From Candidatus Poribacteria bacterium (GTDB lineage Bacteria; Poribacteria; WGA-4E; PCPOR2b), in the NCBI GenBank assembly GCA_965208325.1, contig OZ242326.1, positions 1,664,001-1,728,000 on the forward strand: DNA of 64,000 nt. Direction: 5' to 3'. Shown here one piece after another: positions 46,530 to 55,745 of the stretch; within the stretch, counting starts at the first letter, position 1, and each line of letters begins with the position of its first letter. A program made the position numbers and the translations under genes. Under the pieces are notes generated by a model. It had not been told where the DNA came from, did no database searches, and saw only the letters and a program-made list of their open reading frames with translations.

Positions 46530-46830
46530 TTAAAAATTCTGCTAGACACAATGTTCTTGCAGACTAGGTTTCCCAAATGCCATTTCACGCGCACTTGCGG
46601 AAGGCAGAAAAGTGTTTGGGCGCGCTGGAAACTATCGACTTTGATATTCGCTCAACTGATCCTATACGGTCACTCGATCCGCAAATCGGGAAAAGGATCC
46701 CCCTGTCACAGTGCTTTGAGTAAGCACAATGCGTGCACCTATATTTGGTCTATTCTTGTAAGGGCAACCCTTATGGTTGCCCTGTAGTTTATATCGGGTG
46801 AAACTTCAGTAGGATTTTGTCGGTGGGAAG

Positions 46831-48189
46831 TTAGGGCAGCAGAGATTCAGGGGCTTCGATTAGGCTTCGTAAATCGCCGAGGAATCGGGCGCAGGGCGCG
46901 CCGTCTATTGCGCGGTGATCGAAAGTGAGAACCAGCGTTGCGCGGTCTCGCGCTACGATGGACTCGCCCTCGAACACCGCAACGCGGCGAACACGGCCGA
47001 CGCCCAGAATAGCGCACTGCGGCGGGTTGAGGACAGGCGTAAACCAATCGACGCCCAATCCGCCGAGATTCGTGACGGTAAACGTGCCATCCGCAAATTC
47101 ATCGGGCGCCAGTTTTCCGGCTCTAGCGCGGTCTGCAAGTTCTCTGACGCTGCGCGCAATCTTTACGACGTCGAGGTTGCCAGCGCCGCGAATCACCGGT
47201 ACCACCAAACCGGCTTCAACGTCAATGGCGACCCCCAAGTTGATATCGTGATATTGGTGTATCGCGCCGTCAATAAGTGCTGCGTTAAGCTGGGGATGGA
47301 GTTTCAACGCTTCGACGGTGGCTTTCAAAACGAAGTCGTTGATTGTCGGGGCGGCGCCGTACGCGTCGCGCCACACGTCCGAATTGGCTGCCCGTGCGGA
47401 TTGGATGGCGCTGAAATCCACTTCGATGCCTTCGGTGACGTGGGGTGCTTCAGACCAGTTTTTGCCCAACCGTTCGGCGGTGGTACGGCGGATGCCTGCC
47501 AGCGGAATAACATCAACGCCGTGGGTGGGAGTTTCGTCGACTGGCTTTTCCGCCGCGGGAGCGCCCGCATCTATTGCATGCTGCACGTCTTCCTTCGTTA
47601 CTCGTCCGCCCGGACCCGTTCCACCCAACGCTCCCGCATCAATGCCGTGCCGATCTGCCAGCCGCTGCGCTACAGGCGTAACGCGAGACGCCGCAGGGCG
47701 GTCGGCATCTGGCGGCGGATCAGCCGGAGTTTGATCGGCTGCTTCCTGTACCGTGGGAACGCCCGCATCTATTGCACGCTGCACGTCCTCCTTGGTCACT
47801 CGTCCGCCCGGACCCGTACCAGTCAACGCTCCTGCGTCGATGCCGTGCCGGTCTGCCAGCCGCTGCGCGACCGGCGTAACGTTAGACGCAGCTTGCCGAT
47901 CGGCGACGGGCGCCTTGGGCTGTCCGGCGGATTCTTCCGGCACCTTCTCACCCGCTTCGCCAATCCAAGCCAAGGTATCGCCGACGTCATATTCACGCTC
48001 GACCTCACCGACGAGCCTCAACAACACACCGCTGACAGGGGATTCAACATCGACAACAGCTTTGTCGGTCTCAATTGACACGAGCAGCTGTCCTTCCTCA
48101 ATTGCGGCGCCCTCTGTTGCATGCCACTCGACGATACGCCCGGTATCCATGGTGTGGCCGAGCGCTGCTAAACGGAACTGTATCGCCAT
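46831..48189 (-). CDS. 2-oxoacid/acetoin dehydrogenase E2 (dihydrolipoamide acyltransferase) with two E3/E1-binding domains
   Basis: Lipoyl motif ETDKA, two copies of TPVAQRLA..HGID...L.GTGPGGRVTKEDV, catalytic DHRAIDG. Confidence 0.93.
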   Translation of the reverse strand: MAIQFRLAALGHTMDTGRIVEWHATEGAAIEEGQLLVSIETDKAVVDVESPVSGVLLRLVGEVEREYDVGDTLAWIGEAGEKVPEESAGQPKAPVADRQAASNVTPVAQRLADRHGIDAGALTGTGPGGRVTKEDVQRAIDAGVPTVQEAADQTPADPPPDADRPAASRVTPVAQRLADRHGIDAGALGGTGPGGRVTKEDVQHAIDAGAPAAEKPVDETPTHGVDVIPLAGIRRTTAERLGKNWSEAPHVTEGIEVDFSAIQSARAANSDVWRDAYGAAPTINDFVLKATVEALKLHPQLNAALIDGAIHQYHDINLGVAIDVEAGLVVPVIRGAGNLDVVKIARSVRELADRARAGKLAPDEFADGTFTVTNLGGLGVDWFTPVLNPPQCAILGVGRVRRVAVFEGESIVARDRATLVLTFDHRAIDGAPCARFLGDLRSLIEAPESLLP

Positions 48190-48205
48190 GAATCTCCCCT
48201 TCTCG

Positions 48206-49180
48206 CTAGGACATTACCTGCTCAACGGCTGCGGTGATATTCGGAACCTCAGGCACAACATGCTTGACAAGCGCGGCGCTGAACGGCATCGGTACGTGCG
48301 GGCTGCCAACCCGAACAACCGGCGCCTTTAAATCCCCGAAACAGTTTTCGCCAATCATCGCGGCAATCTCGGAAACTGAGCCCGCAAAGCTGGAATCCTC
48401 GCCGCAGACTACGGCTCGACCGGTCCGCCGCACCGACTCGCAAATCGTTTCGGTATCGAGCGGTGATAGGGTTCTCGGATCAACGACCTCCACATCGTAG
48501 CCTTCATCTTCCAACAGCACCGCGGCTTCCAGCGACTTTTGCACCATTGGGCCGACAGCGACGATGGTCGCGTCCTCGCCATCCCGCTTTATATCTGCCT
48601 GGCCGAACGGGATGGTGTACTCCCCCTCCGGCACCTCACCCTTAGAAGTGTATGTGCGCTTGTATTCGAAAAATAGCACGGGATCTGGACTGCGCACGGC
48701 GGTCTTTAGCAAACCCTTGCCGTCGCTCGGCGTTGAAGGAACAGCAACCTGCACACCGGGAACGTGCATAAACCAAGATTCCATAATCTGCGAGTGTTGC
48801 GCCGCTAACAGCCGTCCGGCGCCGCACGGTAAGCGAATGACCATCGGGACGCTTGCCTGACCGCCGGTCATGTAGCGCATCTTGGCGGCTTGGTTGACCA
48901 CTTCGTCCATGGCACAAGTAATGAAATCTAGGTACATAATCTCCACAACCGGTTGCATGCCAGCCATCGCCGCACCGACGCCTACGCCGACAATCCCTGC
49001 CTCTGCGATTGGAGTCTCGAAGATGCGCCCGGGGAATCGTTCTGCGATACCCTCTGTAACCTTGTACGGACCGCCGTGCGTAATAACATCCTCGCCCATG
49101 ACAAACACAGTGTCGTCTCGTTCCATCTCCTCGTGCAGCGCTTCCCGCAACGCCTCACCGAAAGTGATTGTTCTCATCAT
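48206..49180 (-). CDS. 2-oxoacid/acetoin dehydrogenase E1 beta
   Basis: VMGEDV, TPIAE, PVVEIM, NQAAKMRYM.GG, AQHSQ. Confidence 0.93.
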   Translation of the reverse strand: MMRTITFGEALREALHEEMERDDTVFVMGEDVITHGGPYKVTEGIAERFPGRIFETPIAEAGIVGVGVGAAMAGMQPVVEIMYLDFITCAMDEVVNQAAKMRYMTGGQASVPMVIRLPCGAGRLLAAQHSQIMESWFMHVPGVQVAVPSTPSDGKGLLKTAVRSPDPVLFFEYKRTYTSKGEVPEGEYTIPFGQADIKRDGEDATIVAVGPMVQKSLEAAVLLEDEGYDVEVVDPRTLSPLDTETICESVRRTGRAVVCGEDSSFAGSVSEIAAMIGENCFGDLKAPVVRVGSPHVPMPFSAALVKHVVPEVPNITAAVEQVMS

Positions 49181-50157
49181 CCCGCCTCCTGTGCTGGAGC
49201 GAGGACATCCGTCGTAACTTCGGCGGCATCCGGAAACGGACTCTCATCGGCGAACTTCACGGCGTTTGCAATCTCGTCCTTCACCTCATCTTGAATCGCG
49301 GTGTCCTCTTGGTCGGTCAGCCACTGCCGATCCACCATTAATGCGCGCAGCGTTTTTATTGGGTCATGGTCGGTCCGCCAGGCTTCAACTTCCTCCGGCG
49401 TACGGTATTGTTGTTCGTCACCTAAACTGTGTCCATAGAACCGGTAGGTTCGCGCCTCAATTAACGTTGGCCCGCCGCCGCTGCGGGCACGATTGATTGC
49501 CTCGCGAGCGACTTCGTAAACTTCAATGGGGTCCTGTCCATTGACCGACACGCCCGGAATCGCATAGGCGCCAGCCATATCGGAAACCGAATCGAGCACA
49601 GCCACATTCATACGCGGCACCCACTGTTGGTACTGGTTGTTCTCGCAAACGTATACGACGGGAAGCTTCCACAAAGATCCGAGCCCGATGCCTTCATGGA
49701 AAGTGCCGCGCGCAGCGGCACCGTCACCGAAAAAGCATACGGCTACCTGATCTGTCCCGCGCATCTTGCTGGCAAGCGCGGCGCCGGTGGCTGGTGCGAT
49801 GCCGGCACCGACAATGCCGTTGGCGCCAAGCATGTTGAGCGAGAAATCCGCAATGTGCATTGAACCGCCTTTGCCGGCACAGGTCCCCGTAGCTTTGCCA
49901 TAGAGTTCAGCCATCATCTGCCGAGAATCAGCACCCTTAGCCAAACAGTGCCCGTGACTGCGGTGTGTACCCAAGACGTAGTCATCCTTTCGCAAATTGG
50001 AACAAACGCCGACAGCGACTGCTTCCTCGCCGCAGTACATGTGAAGCGCACCCATCACGTTACCAAGATTAGTTTGGCGGTTAGCTTCCTCTTCAAAAAG
50101 CCGAATGCGCCACATATCTTTGTACATGGTCCGGCACAATTCCGCTGAAAGACTCAT
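49177..50157 (-). CDS. 2-oxoacid/acetoin dehydrogenase E1 alpha (ThDP)
   Basis: GEEA.AVG, THR.HGH, GKGGSMH, FFGDG...ENN, TYR..GH. Confidence 0.93.
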   Translation of the reverse strand: MSLSAELCRTMYKDMWRIRLFEEEANRQTNLGNVMGALHMYCGEEAVAVGVCSNLRKDDYVLGTHRSHGHCLAKGADSRQMMAELYGKATGTCAGKGGSMHIADFSLNMLGANGIVGAGIAPATGAALASKMRGTDQVAVCFFGDGAAARGTFHEGIGLGSLWKLPVVYVCENNQYQQWVPRMNVAVLDSVSDMAGAYAIPGVSVNGQDPIEVYEVAREAINRARSGGGPTLIEARTYRFYGHSLGDEQQYRTPEEVEAWRTDHDPIKTLRALMVDRQWLTDQEDTAIQDEVKDEIANAVKFADESPFPDAAEVTTDVLAPAQEAG

Positions 50158-50257
50158 AAATTAGTCTCCTGGAGTCAATATTGTAAAATAATTCTTCAAG
50201 CAACAAGGAGGAGCGGGAAATGGTCTCCCTCTCCTCCCGTATAACCCCGCATTCAAT

Positions 50258-50641
50258 TTACTCTGGAGCGCACCCTACTGAAGCGTGGATTTGTACAAAT
50301 CTCCAGCTTCCCTGCTCCTTCTCCAGCACGCCCGTCATACGCATCGAAAGTTCTTCGAATACTCCTTGCCAAGTCAAACGCCACACCTGCCGTGTATAAA
50401 ACCATGCGACGTTGCCGCGTTCTTGAACATCAAGATGTTCAAGTGCGATTGTGAAATCGGCCGCGCACGCGACGAGGTGTTTATAGTAATCAGCAGTGTT
50501 TTCGCTTCCTTCAACAAACTCACCGGCATCCGTCCCGATTTTCACATAGTAACTCGCGGAAGACATCATCTCTATAAGCCGAGGCGCATCCCCCGCAGCA
50601 AGCGCATCAAAGTAGTTTTTGACTGTGGCGTGTGCATCCAT
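50258..50641 (-). CDS. SnoaL/NTF2-like protein
   Basis: IGTD..E...G, G.VAW, RMTGVLEK..G.WRFVQ.HAS. Confidence 0.82.
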   Translation of the reverse strand: MDAHATVKNYFDALAAGDAPRLIEMMSSASYYVKIGTDAGEFVEGSENTADYYKHLVACAADFTIALEHLDVQERGNVAWFYTRQVWRLTWQGVFEELSMRMTGVLEKEQGSWRFVQIHASVGCAPE

Positions 50642-50782
50642 CTTCGCGCAGGAGGCTTAGGTCATCTCGCAGGCATTCGCGCAGGTACGCCGCGGCAAAT
50701 CAGGGAAAACTCGGCTGACACGGCGTCCTGAACTTACGGCGAACACAGTGGAAATATCCGCCTCACACCGCAACACGTTTCG

Positions 50783-52171
50783 CTACGGGTTGTATCCGCG
50801 CTCGTTATGCTGCGTGAGGTCGAGGCCTTCAAGTTCTTCGTCAAGATCGACACGCAACCCAATTGTAGCATCGATAATCTTGAGGATGACGAATGAGAGC
50901 ACGCCCGAATAGATTAACGTAAACACAATGCTGATGAGTTGAGCCAAGATTTGCTTTCCGACGGTCACGCCTTCAGCAAGTCCGACGCCGCCCAATCCTT
51001 TTACGACAAACACGCCGGTCAACAAGCAACCGACAATCCCGCCGATGCCGTGGACGCCAAACGCATCCAGCGAATCATCGTACCCAAGTGATTGCTTGAG
51101 GCTGGTGGCAGCCCAAAAACAGATTGCGCCTGATGCTATGCCGATGACGAGCGCGCCAATTGGGCCAACAAAGCCAGAAGCGGGGGTTATCGCCACGAGG
51201 CCGGCTACAGCGCCGGTAACGATACCGAGTACGCTCGGCCTGCCGTGCCTTGCCCACTCGACGAACATCCAGGCTAGCGCCGCTGCCGCTGTGGAAATCT
51301 GAGTAACAAGCATGGCATTACCTGCCCCACCGTCAGCAGCTAATTGGCTGCCCGCGTTGAAGCCGAACCAACCGACCCAGAGCATCGAAGCCCCAACCAC
51401 CGTTAATGTTAAGCTGTGAGGCGGCATCGGCCTATCCGGATAGCCGCGCCGTTTGCCGATTACGATTGCTGCAACTAGAGCGGCAATTCCAGCATTGATG
51501 TGCACCACCGTTCCGCCGGCAAAATCGAGGGCGCCCAATATACTTCCGAAGAAAGAACCGTCACCGCTCCAAGCCATGTGGCACAGCGGCGCATATACGA
51601 TAATAGACCAAATTCCCATAAACCAGAGCATCGCAGAAAACTTCATGCGTTCTGCAAATGCACCCGCAATGAGTGCGGGTGTGATTATGGCAAAGGTCAT
51701 CTGGAACATAACAAAGACATTCTCCGGAATGGTGCCGGATGGGGTGTCTGGCGATATGCCTCGGAGAAAAACCTTGCTTAGGCCTCCAACAAATGAATTG
51801 AGGTTGACTGCCCCCTCTTTCATACCCGTTGTGTCAAATGCAAGACTGTAGTTACACACCAGCCATAAAATGGTCATCAGTCCGGTCAAAGAAAAACACT
51901 GCATCAATACCGACAGGACATTTTTCGTGCGTACAAGACCGCCGTAGAAAAGCGCAAGACCGGGAATCGTCATGAACAGTACGAGTGCAGTTGAAGTGAG
52001 CATCCAGGCTGTGTCGCCCGAATCGAGACCATCATCTGCCAACGCAATCGTCGGAATTGCTAGCAAGGTTAGTGTCAATAGTACCGCCAAGCCGATTCTA
52101 TGTTTGCTTAGACCTGAAAGCCTTTCTTGTTTATTTTGAAATTTCACAAATTCTGATGCATCCTGTTGCAT
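50783..52171 (-). CDS. amtB: Ammonium transporter
   Basis: GDTAWML.STALV..M.PGLA.FYGG, FQMTFAIIT, DFAGGTVVH, GWFGFNAGS, DDSLDAFGVHG. GGAGG RBS before ATG 52171. Confidence 0.96.
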   Translation of the reverse strand: MQQDASEFVKFQNKQERLSGLSKHRIGLAVLLTLTLLAIPTIALADDGLDSGDTAWMLTSTALVLFMTIPGLALFYGGLVRTKNVLSVLMQCFSLTGLMTILWLVCNYSLAFDTTGMKEGAVNLNSFVGGLSKVFLRGISPDTPSGTIPENVFVMFQMTFAIITPALIAGAFAERMKFSAMLWFMGIWSIIVYAPLCHMAWSGDGSFFGSILGALDFAGGTVVHINAGIAALVAAIVIGKRRGYPDRPMPPHSLTLTVVGASMLWVGWFGFNAGSQLAADGGAGNAMLVTQISTAAAALAWMFVEWARHGRPSVLGIVTGAVAGLVAITPASGFVGPIGALVIGIASGAICFWAATSLKQSLGYDDSLDAFGVHGIGGIVGCLLTGVFVVKGLGGVGLAEGVTVGKQILAQLISIVFTLIYSGVLSFVILKIIDATIGLRVDLDEELEGLDLTQHNERGYNP

Positions 52172-52344
52172 CGTAGACCTCCATTTCAAATTGGATGTTG
52201 GGTGTATTGAAAAACTGAATACGGCAATAGAAAAGAGTGATTCTGGAATGCGTGCTGCGCAAAGAATTTATGTTAACATCGCTATTTTCAATCGCGTGCT
52301 TCAAAAACTATCCGTTCAGTCGCTGGGAGTTGAACTTGCTACAC

Positions 52345-52373
52345 ATTTTAGCACAATACCGAAATCTAATCAA
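52345..52373 (-). promoter_or_regulatory. Sigma70-type promoter for amtB
   Basis: TTGATT-N17-TAAAAT with extended -10 TG. Confidence 0.5.
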
Positions 52374-52527
52374 CCACAAAACTCTCAGTTGCAAACCACC
52401 ATGCGGTAACAAAGCTATCCTGACAAATCAACCCGTAATCCGCAATTGAGTGCCGTCGGTTAAATCGCGCTAAATCACCGTTCCTTAACAATCGTAGCCC
52501 TTAAGAATCCGGTCTTTGCGCTGAACA

Positions 52528-54363
52528 TCACCGAACCACAGCGAATTTACCGCTCGATGAAATCTTGCCTCTCCCCGCTGATATTGGCGCTTCAACGTGG
52601 TAGACATAAACCCCTGGGGCGATTAGCTTGCCTTCGTCATTTCGCCCGTCCCAATGTTCAACCGGCCCTTCTTTGGCGCGGTCGATTAACTTGACGAGGT
52701 TTCCAGTACTGTTGTAGATGCGGATTGTGGCGTGGCGCGTCAAGTTGCGAAATTCAATGACATCCGCACTGGGACGATACGGGTTCGGCACAACAATCAC
52801 ATTTTCCAAGTCCAATGGAGTACCGGCAGCAACGCCTTCCGGAATTACGATGCTTGCCGAGGCGGAGAAGTTACTTCGTCCATCGAATTCATTTGTCGCA
52901 TTAATTGCGTAGAAATACCTTAATCCCGGATACACATCGGCATCGACAAAACTAGTAGGTTCCGCGGGGACAGATGCTATCGGTGTCCATGGAGAGTCTC
53001 CTGTGTGATTCCGGTTGATAATATACCCCGCAATCGGCCCGTTAGATTGCTTCCATTCGAGTATGACGCGATTTCCGCTAAGCGTTGCTGTTAAGCCTTC
53101 CGGCGCATCCGGCATGAGATTTGGTATGACACGAACTTCAGGTGAGTCAAATTCGAACGGCCGTCCATTTAAATTGATAGGGCGAAGTTTATAAATGTGT
53201 TCCACCCCAAATTGAACGATTTCTGTATCATCTGACGAAATTCCGCTTACGGTTTTGAGTAGTTGAAAATCCTGTTCTTCGGCGGTTCGCCTCAAGAGGG
53301 CGTATCCAGCCACACTTGGGTTGATTGATGCCTCCCAATTCAACGCAACACCATCAGGGGTGACTTCCGCGCTTAACTCCTGCGGTGCAAAGCTGATGTG
53401 CCGCGCCGCATCAATGTTCTTCCGGAGATCTGCTAAGTTTTCGCCCCCGACGAGGGCAAAAGTGACAGTAACGAACTTTTTCGCTCGAATGTCGTAAGGT
53501 CCTGCTGAAATTACCGACATGTAATCCCAAGCTGGAAACCCAAGTTCCTCTATATCCTGTCGGCTCGAGGCAAAAAAAGTAGGAGGTGCCAACAACACCG
53601 ATCGGTTGGCATCAACGAAGATGGAGCTGAAAAGCTGACCGCTCGGGTCAAAAAATGGGACGATTTGTTGAACGCTGAATTTACCGTCAAGCAGCGCCAA
53701 ACCCATGTGCGCCGGATTGATTCCGTCTGTATCGTCCCCATCGTAAGTCAATAACGTCTGCCGGCTTTCGTCCCAATCCACCCAATCCAGGCTCAACTGT
53801 CCAGCGCCGAGGTCTGTTCCATCCACGTCCCAATTTGTCATCATGGCGACGTAGATACCGCTGAGATTAGCGTTGCTGTCATTGGTAATAATCAGCTTAA
53901 TCACTATGAAATCGTCCGCATTAGGATACGCATTTGTGCTCCAAGAAAAACTTTGCTGATCGACTAAAATATCGAGCGGGAAGTCCGGATCGCGTGACGA
54001 ACTGTATTGAGAGGTAGCGATTTCCCTGCCATCCGCCTCCACGACCTTATTGATTGCGCCGGTTTGGGTGGTCGCCCATTCACCTAAAAGAAATCGGTCG
54101 GTGAACTCCCATACATTTGCAACGTTTCCGTTCAAATCGCCAATCCAGATTTCAGATTGCGCCTGCAAATAATAAATATCCTCGGTCTTTGGAAATCTGA
54201 AATTCGGGGCAAGGCTCCCATCTCTAACTGCCCCCAATGAACCAAAGTCTGACACGGAAACCTGGACATTCCCTGATGTATGGGACAGAAACGCATCGGC
54301 GTGCGCATGCATCTGAATCGTCAACAGCCAGACAAAACTCAACGCTATTTTTTGAATTTTCAT
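52528..54363 (-). CDS. Secreted protein with two FN3 domains and C-terminal FlgD-Ig/T9SS-like domain
   Basis: Signal peptide, AP..L.A....V.L.W twice, VVPNPY...IRIYNSTG.LV...WDGRN..G...APGVY.Y. Confidence 0.82.
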   Translation of the reverse strand: MKIQKIALSFVWLLTIQMHAHADAFLSHTSGNVQVSVSDFGSLGAVRDGSLAPNFRFPKTEDIYYLQAQSEIWIGDLNGNVANVWEFTDRFLLGEWATTQTGAINKVVEADGREIATSQYSSSRDPDFPLDILVDQQSFSWSTNAYPNADDFIVIKLIITNDSNANLSGIYVAMMTNWDVDGTDLGAGQLSLDWVDWDESRQTLLTYDGDDTDGINPAHMGLALLDGKFSVQQIVPFFDPSGQLFSSIFVDANRSVLLAPPTFFASSRQDIEELGFPAWDYMSVISAGPYDIRAKKFVTVTFALVGGENLADLRKNIDAARHISFAPQELSAEVTPDGVALNWEASINPSVAGYALLRRTAEEQDFQLLKTVSGISSDDTEIVQFGVEHIYKLRPINLNGRPFEFDSPEVRVIPNLMPDAPEGLTATLSGNRVILEWKQSNGPIAGYIINRNHTGDSPWTPIASVPAEPTSFVDADVYPGLRYFYAINATNEFDGRSNFSASASIVIPEGVAAGTPLDLENVIVVPNPYRPSADVIEFRNLTRHATIRIYNSTGNLVKLIDRAKEGPVEHWDGRNDEGKLIAPGVYVYHVEAPISAGRGKISSSGKFAVVR

Positions 54364-54591
54364 ATCTCTCTCGGCTTATTTCAAAACAGTGCCGAATTAT
54401 GATCGCTCGGCGGCAGGAAACTAGCCTATCATAGCAAAAGCCAAAATGCCTGTCAAGGTAAAGATTGGTAACGGCCGGTTCGCAAAACAGTCCGGGTACA
54501 CCGCCCGCGCCGCCTCTTGGTCAACCCTTCATTCTTAAATGCGGTGCCCGCAAATTTGACGATTTCGGCGGGATGATGGAAACGCTGCATC

Positions 54592-54620
54592 TTGACATAA
54601 CTTCTGGTTCGATGTATAAT
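54592..54620 (+). promoter_or_regulatory. Perfect-consensus sigma70 promoter for SDR-GH116
   Basis: TTGACA-N17-TATAAT. Confidence 0.75.
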
Positions 54621-54780
54621 TCCGATTCGAGGCGGATTCCGCGGGTGGCGCAGAATTTGACCGGTATATGTTTTCCTCCCGCCCAAAATTTGGAAGGTAT
54701 GTAGATTACTGGCAGGGGTGCGCAGGATGGGCGGCAAAACCGCGGTTCGCACCTCTACTGACGAACTAAGGGAGTAGTGA

Positions 54781-55605
54781 ATGAAAGTTGACGGAATATC
54801 GGCGATTGTCACCGGCGGCAGTATGGGAATCGGTCGCGCAATTGCCGTCGAATTAGCCGGCCGCGGCGCAAAGGTAGTTTGTACAGCGCGCAGCGAGGCG
54901 CGGCTCCGTGATACGGTTGACGCAATCAAGTCGGAGGGCGGGATTGCGCTTGCCGTGCCGACTGATGTTACTGACACGAGTCAGGTAGAGCGGATGGCGG
55001 CGCAGACACTGAACGCTTTCGGCAAGATAGATGTGCTCATAAACAACGCCGCTGTTTTCCACGGCATCGGTGGATTGTGGGAGGTTGACCCGGACGCTTG
55101 GTGGGCGGATGTCAAGACGAAGTTGTTCGGCGGGTTTCTCTGCTGCCGCGCCGTGCTTCCCCACATGATGAAGCAAAACAGTGGAATCATCATGAATATG
55201 GCTGGCGGCGGGTACGACCAACCCAACGTAGGGGGGACGGGTTATGCGAGCGCCAGCGCCGGACTCATGCGGCTGACCGATACGTTGGCGTCCGAATTAG
55301 GCGATGCGAACAACATTCAGGTTTACGGGCTGTGGCCCGGGTTCGTCCGTTCCGAAATGACTGAAATCTTGGCGACCGCCGAACAGGGGCAACGCTGGCT
55401 GCCGCACGTCAAAAAAGGGCTTTCCCTCGGTCAAGATCACGCGGCTGAAGATGTCGCTCTCGCTGTCGTAAAAATAATTGAGCACACCTGTCCCGCCTTG
55501 TCCGGCCGCATTGTCTCGTATGAAGAAGATTTTGAAAAAATTGTCGAACGTGCGGAGGCGATTCGGGAAAAAGACCTGTACCAACTGCGACTGCGCTCCG
55601 AGTAA
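54781..55605 (+). CDS. Short-chain dehydrogenase/reductase
   Basis: TGGSMGIG, DV, INNAA, PG.V.S.M. YxxxK is replaced by YASAS. Confidence 0.88.
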   Translation: MKVDGISAIVTGGSMGIGRAIAVELAGRGAKVVCTARSEARLRDTVDAIKSEGGIALAVPTDVTDTSQVERMAAQTLNAFGKIDVLINNAAVFHGIGGLWEVDPDAWWADVKTKLFGGFLCCRAVLPHMMKQNSGIIMNMAGGGYDQPNVGGTGYASASAGLMRLTDTLASELGDANNIQVYGLWPGFVRSEMTEILATAEQGQRWLPHVKKGLSLGQDHAAEDVALAVVKIIEHTCPALSGRIVSYEEDFEKIVERAEAIREKDLYQLRLRSE

Positions 55606-55745
55606 GGGAACAAGCATTAATTTCAATCACTACGTATTAATTAAGTTTCGAAGCCATCAATTGTATTTCCATAATACTGCTCTCGTGAGTTTCGACGAAA
55701 CCTTAAGAGCCTTTTCTTTTTTTAAAATTTAAATGAGGTGATTCA

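Noticed and set aside
46915..48078. 387-aa plus-strand ORF
   Set aside because: Antisense shadow of the GC-rich E2 gene with no recognisable motifs.
54730..54760. Lysine riboswitch (AGAGGUGCGAAC on the minus strand)
   Set aside because: Only the first ~12 nt match. The AGUA/loop-E elements are absent and the context does not fit.
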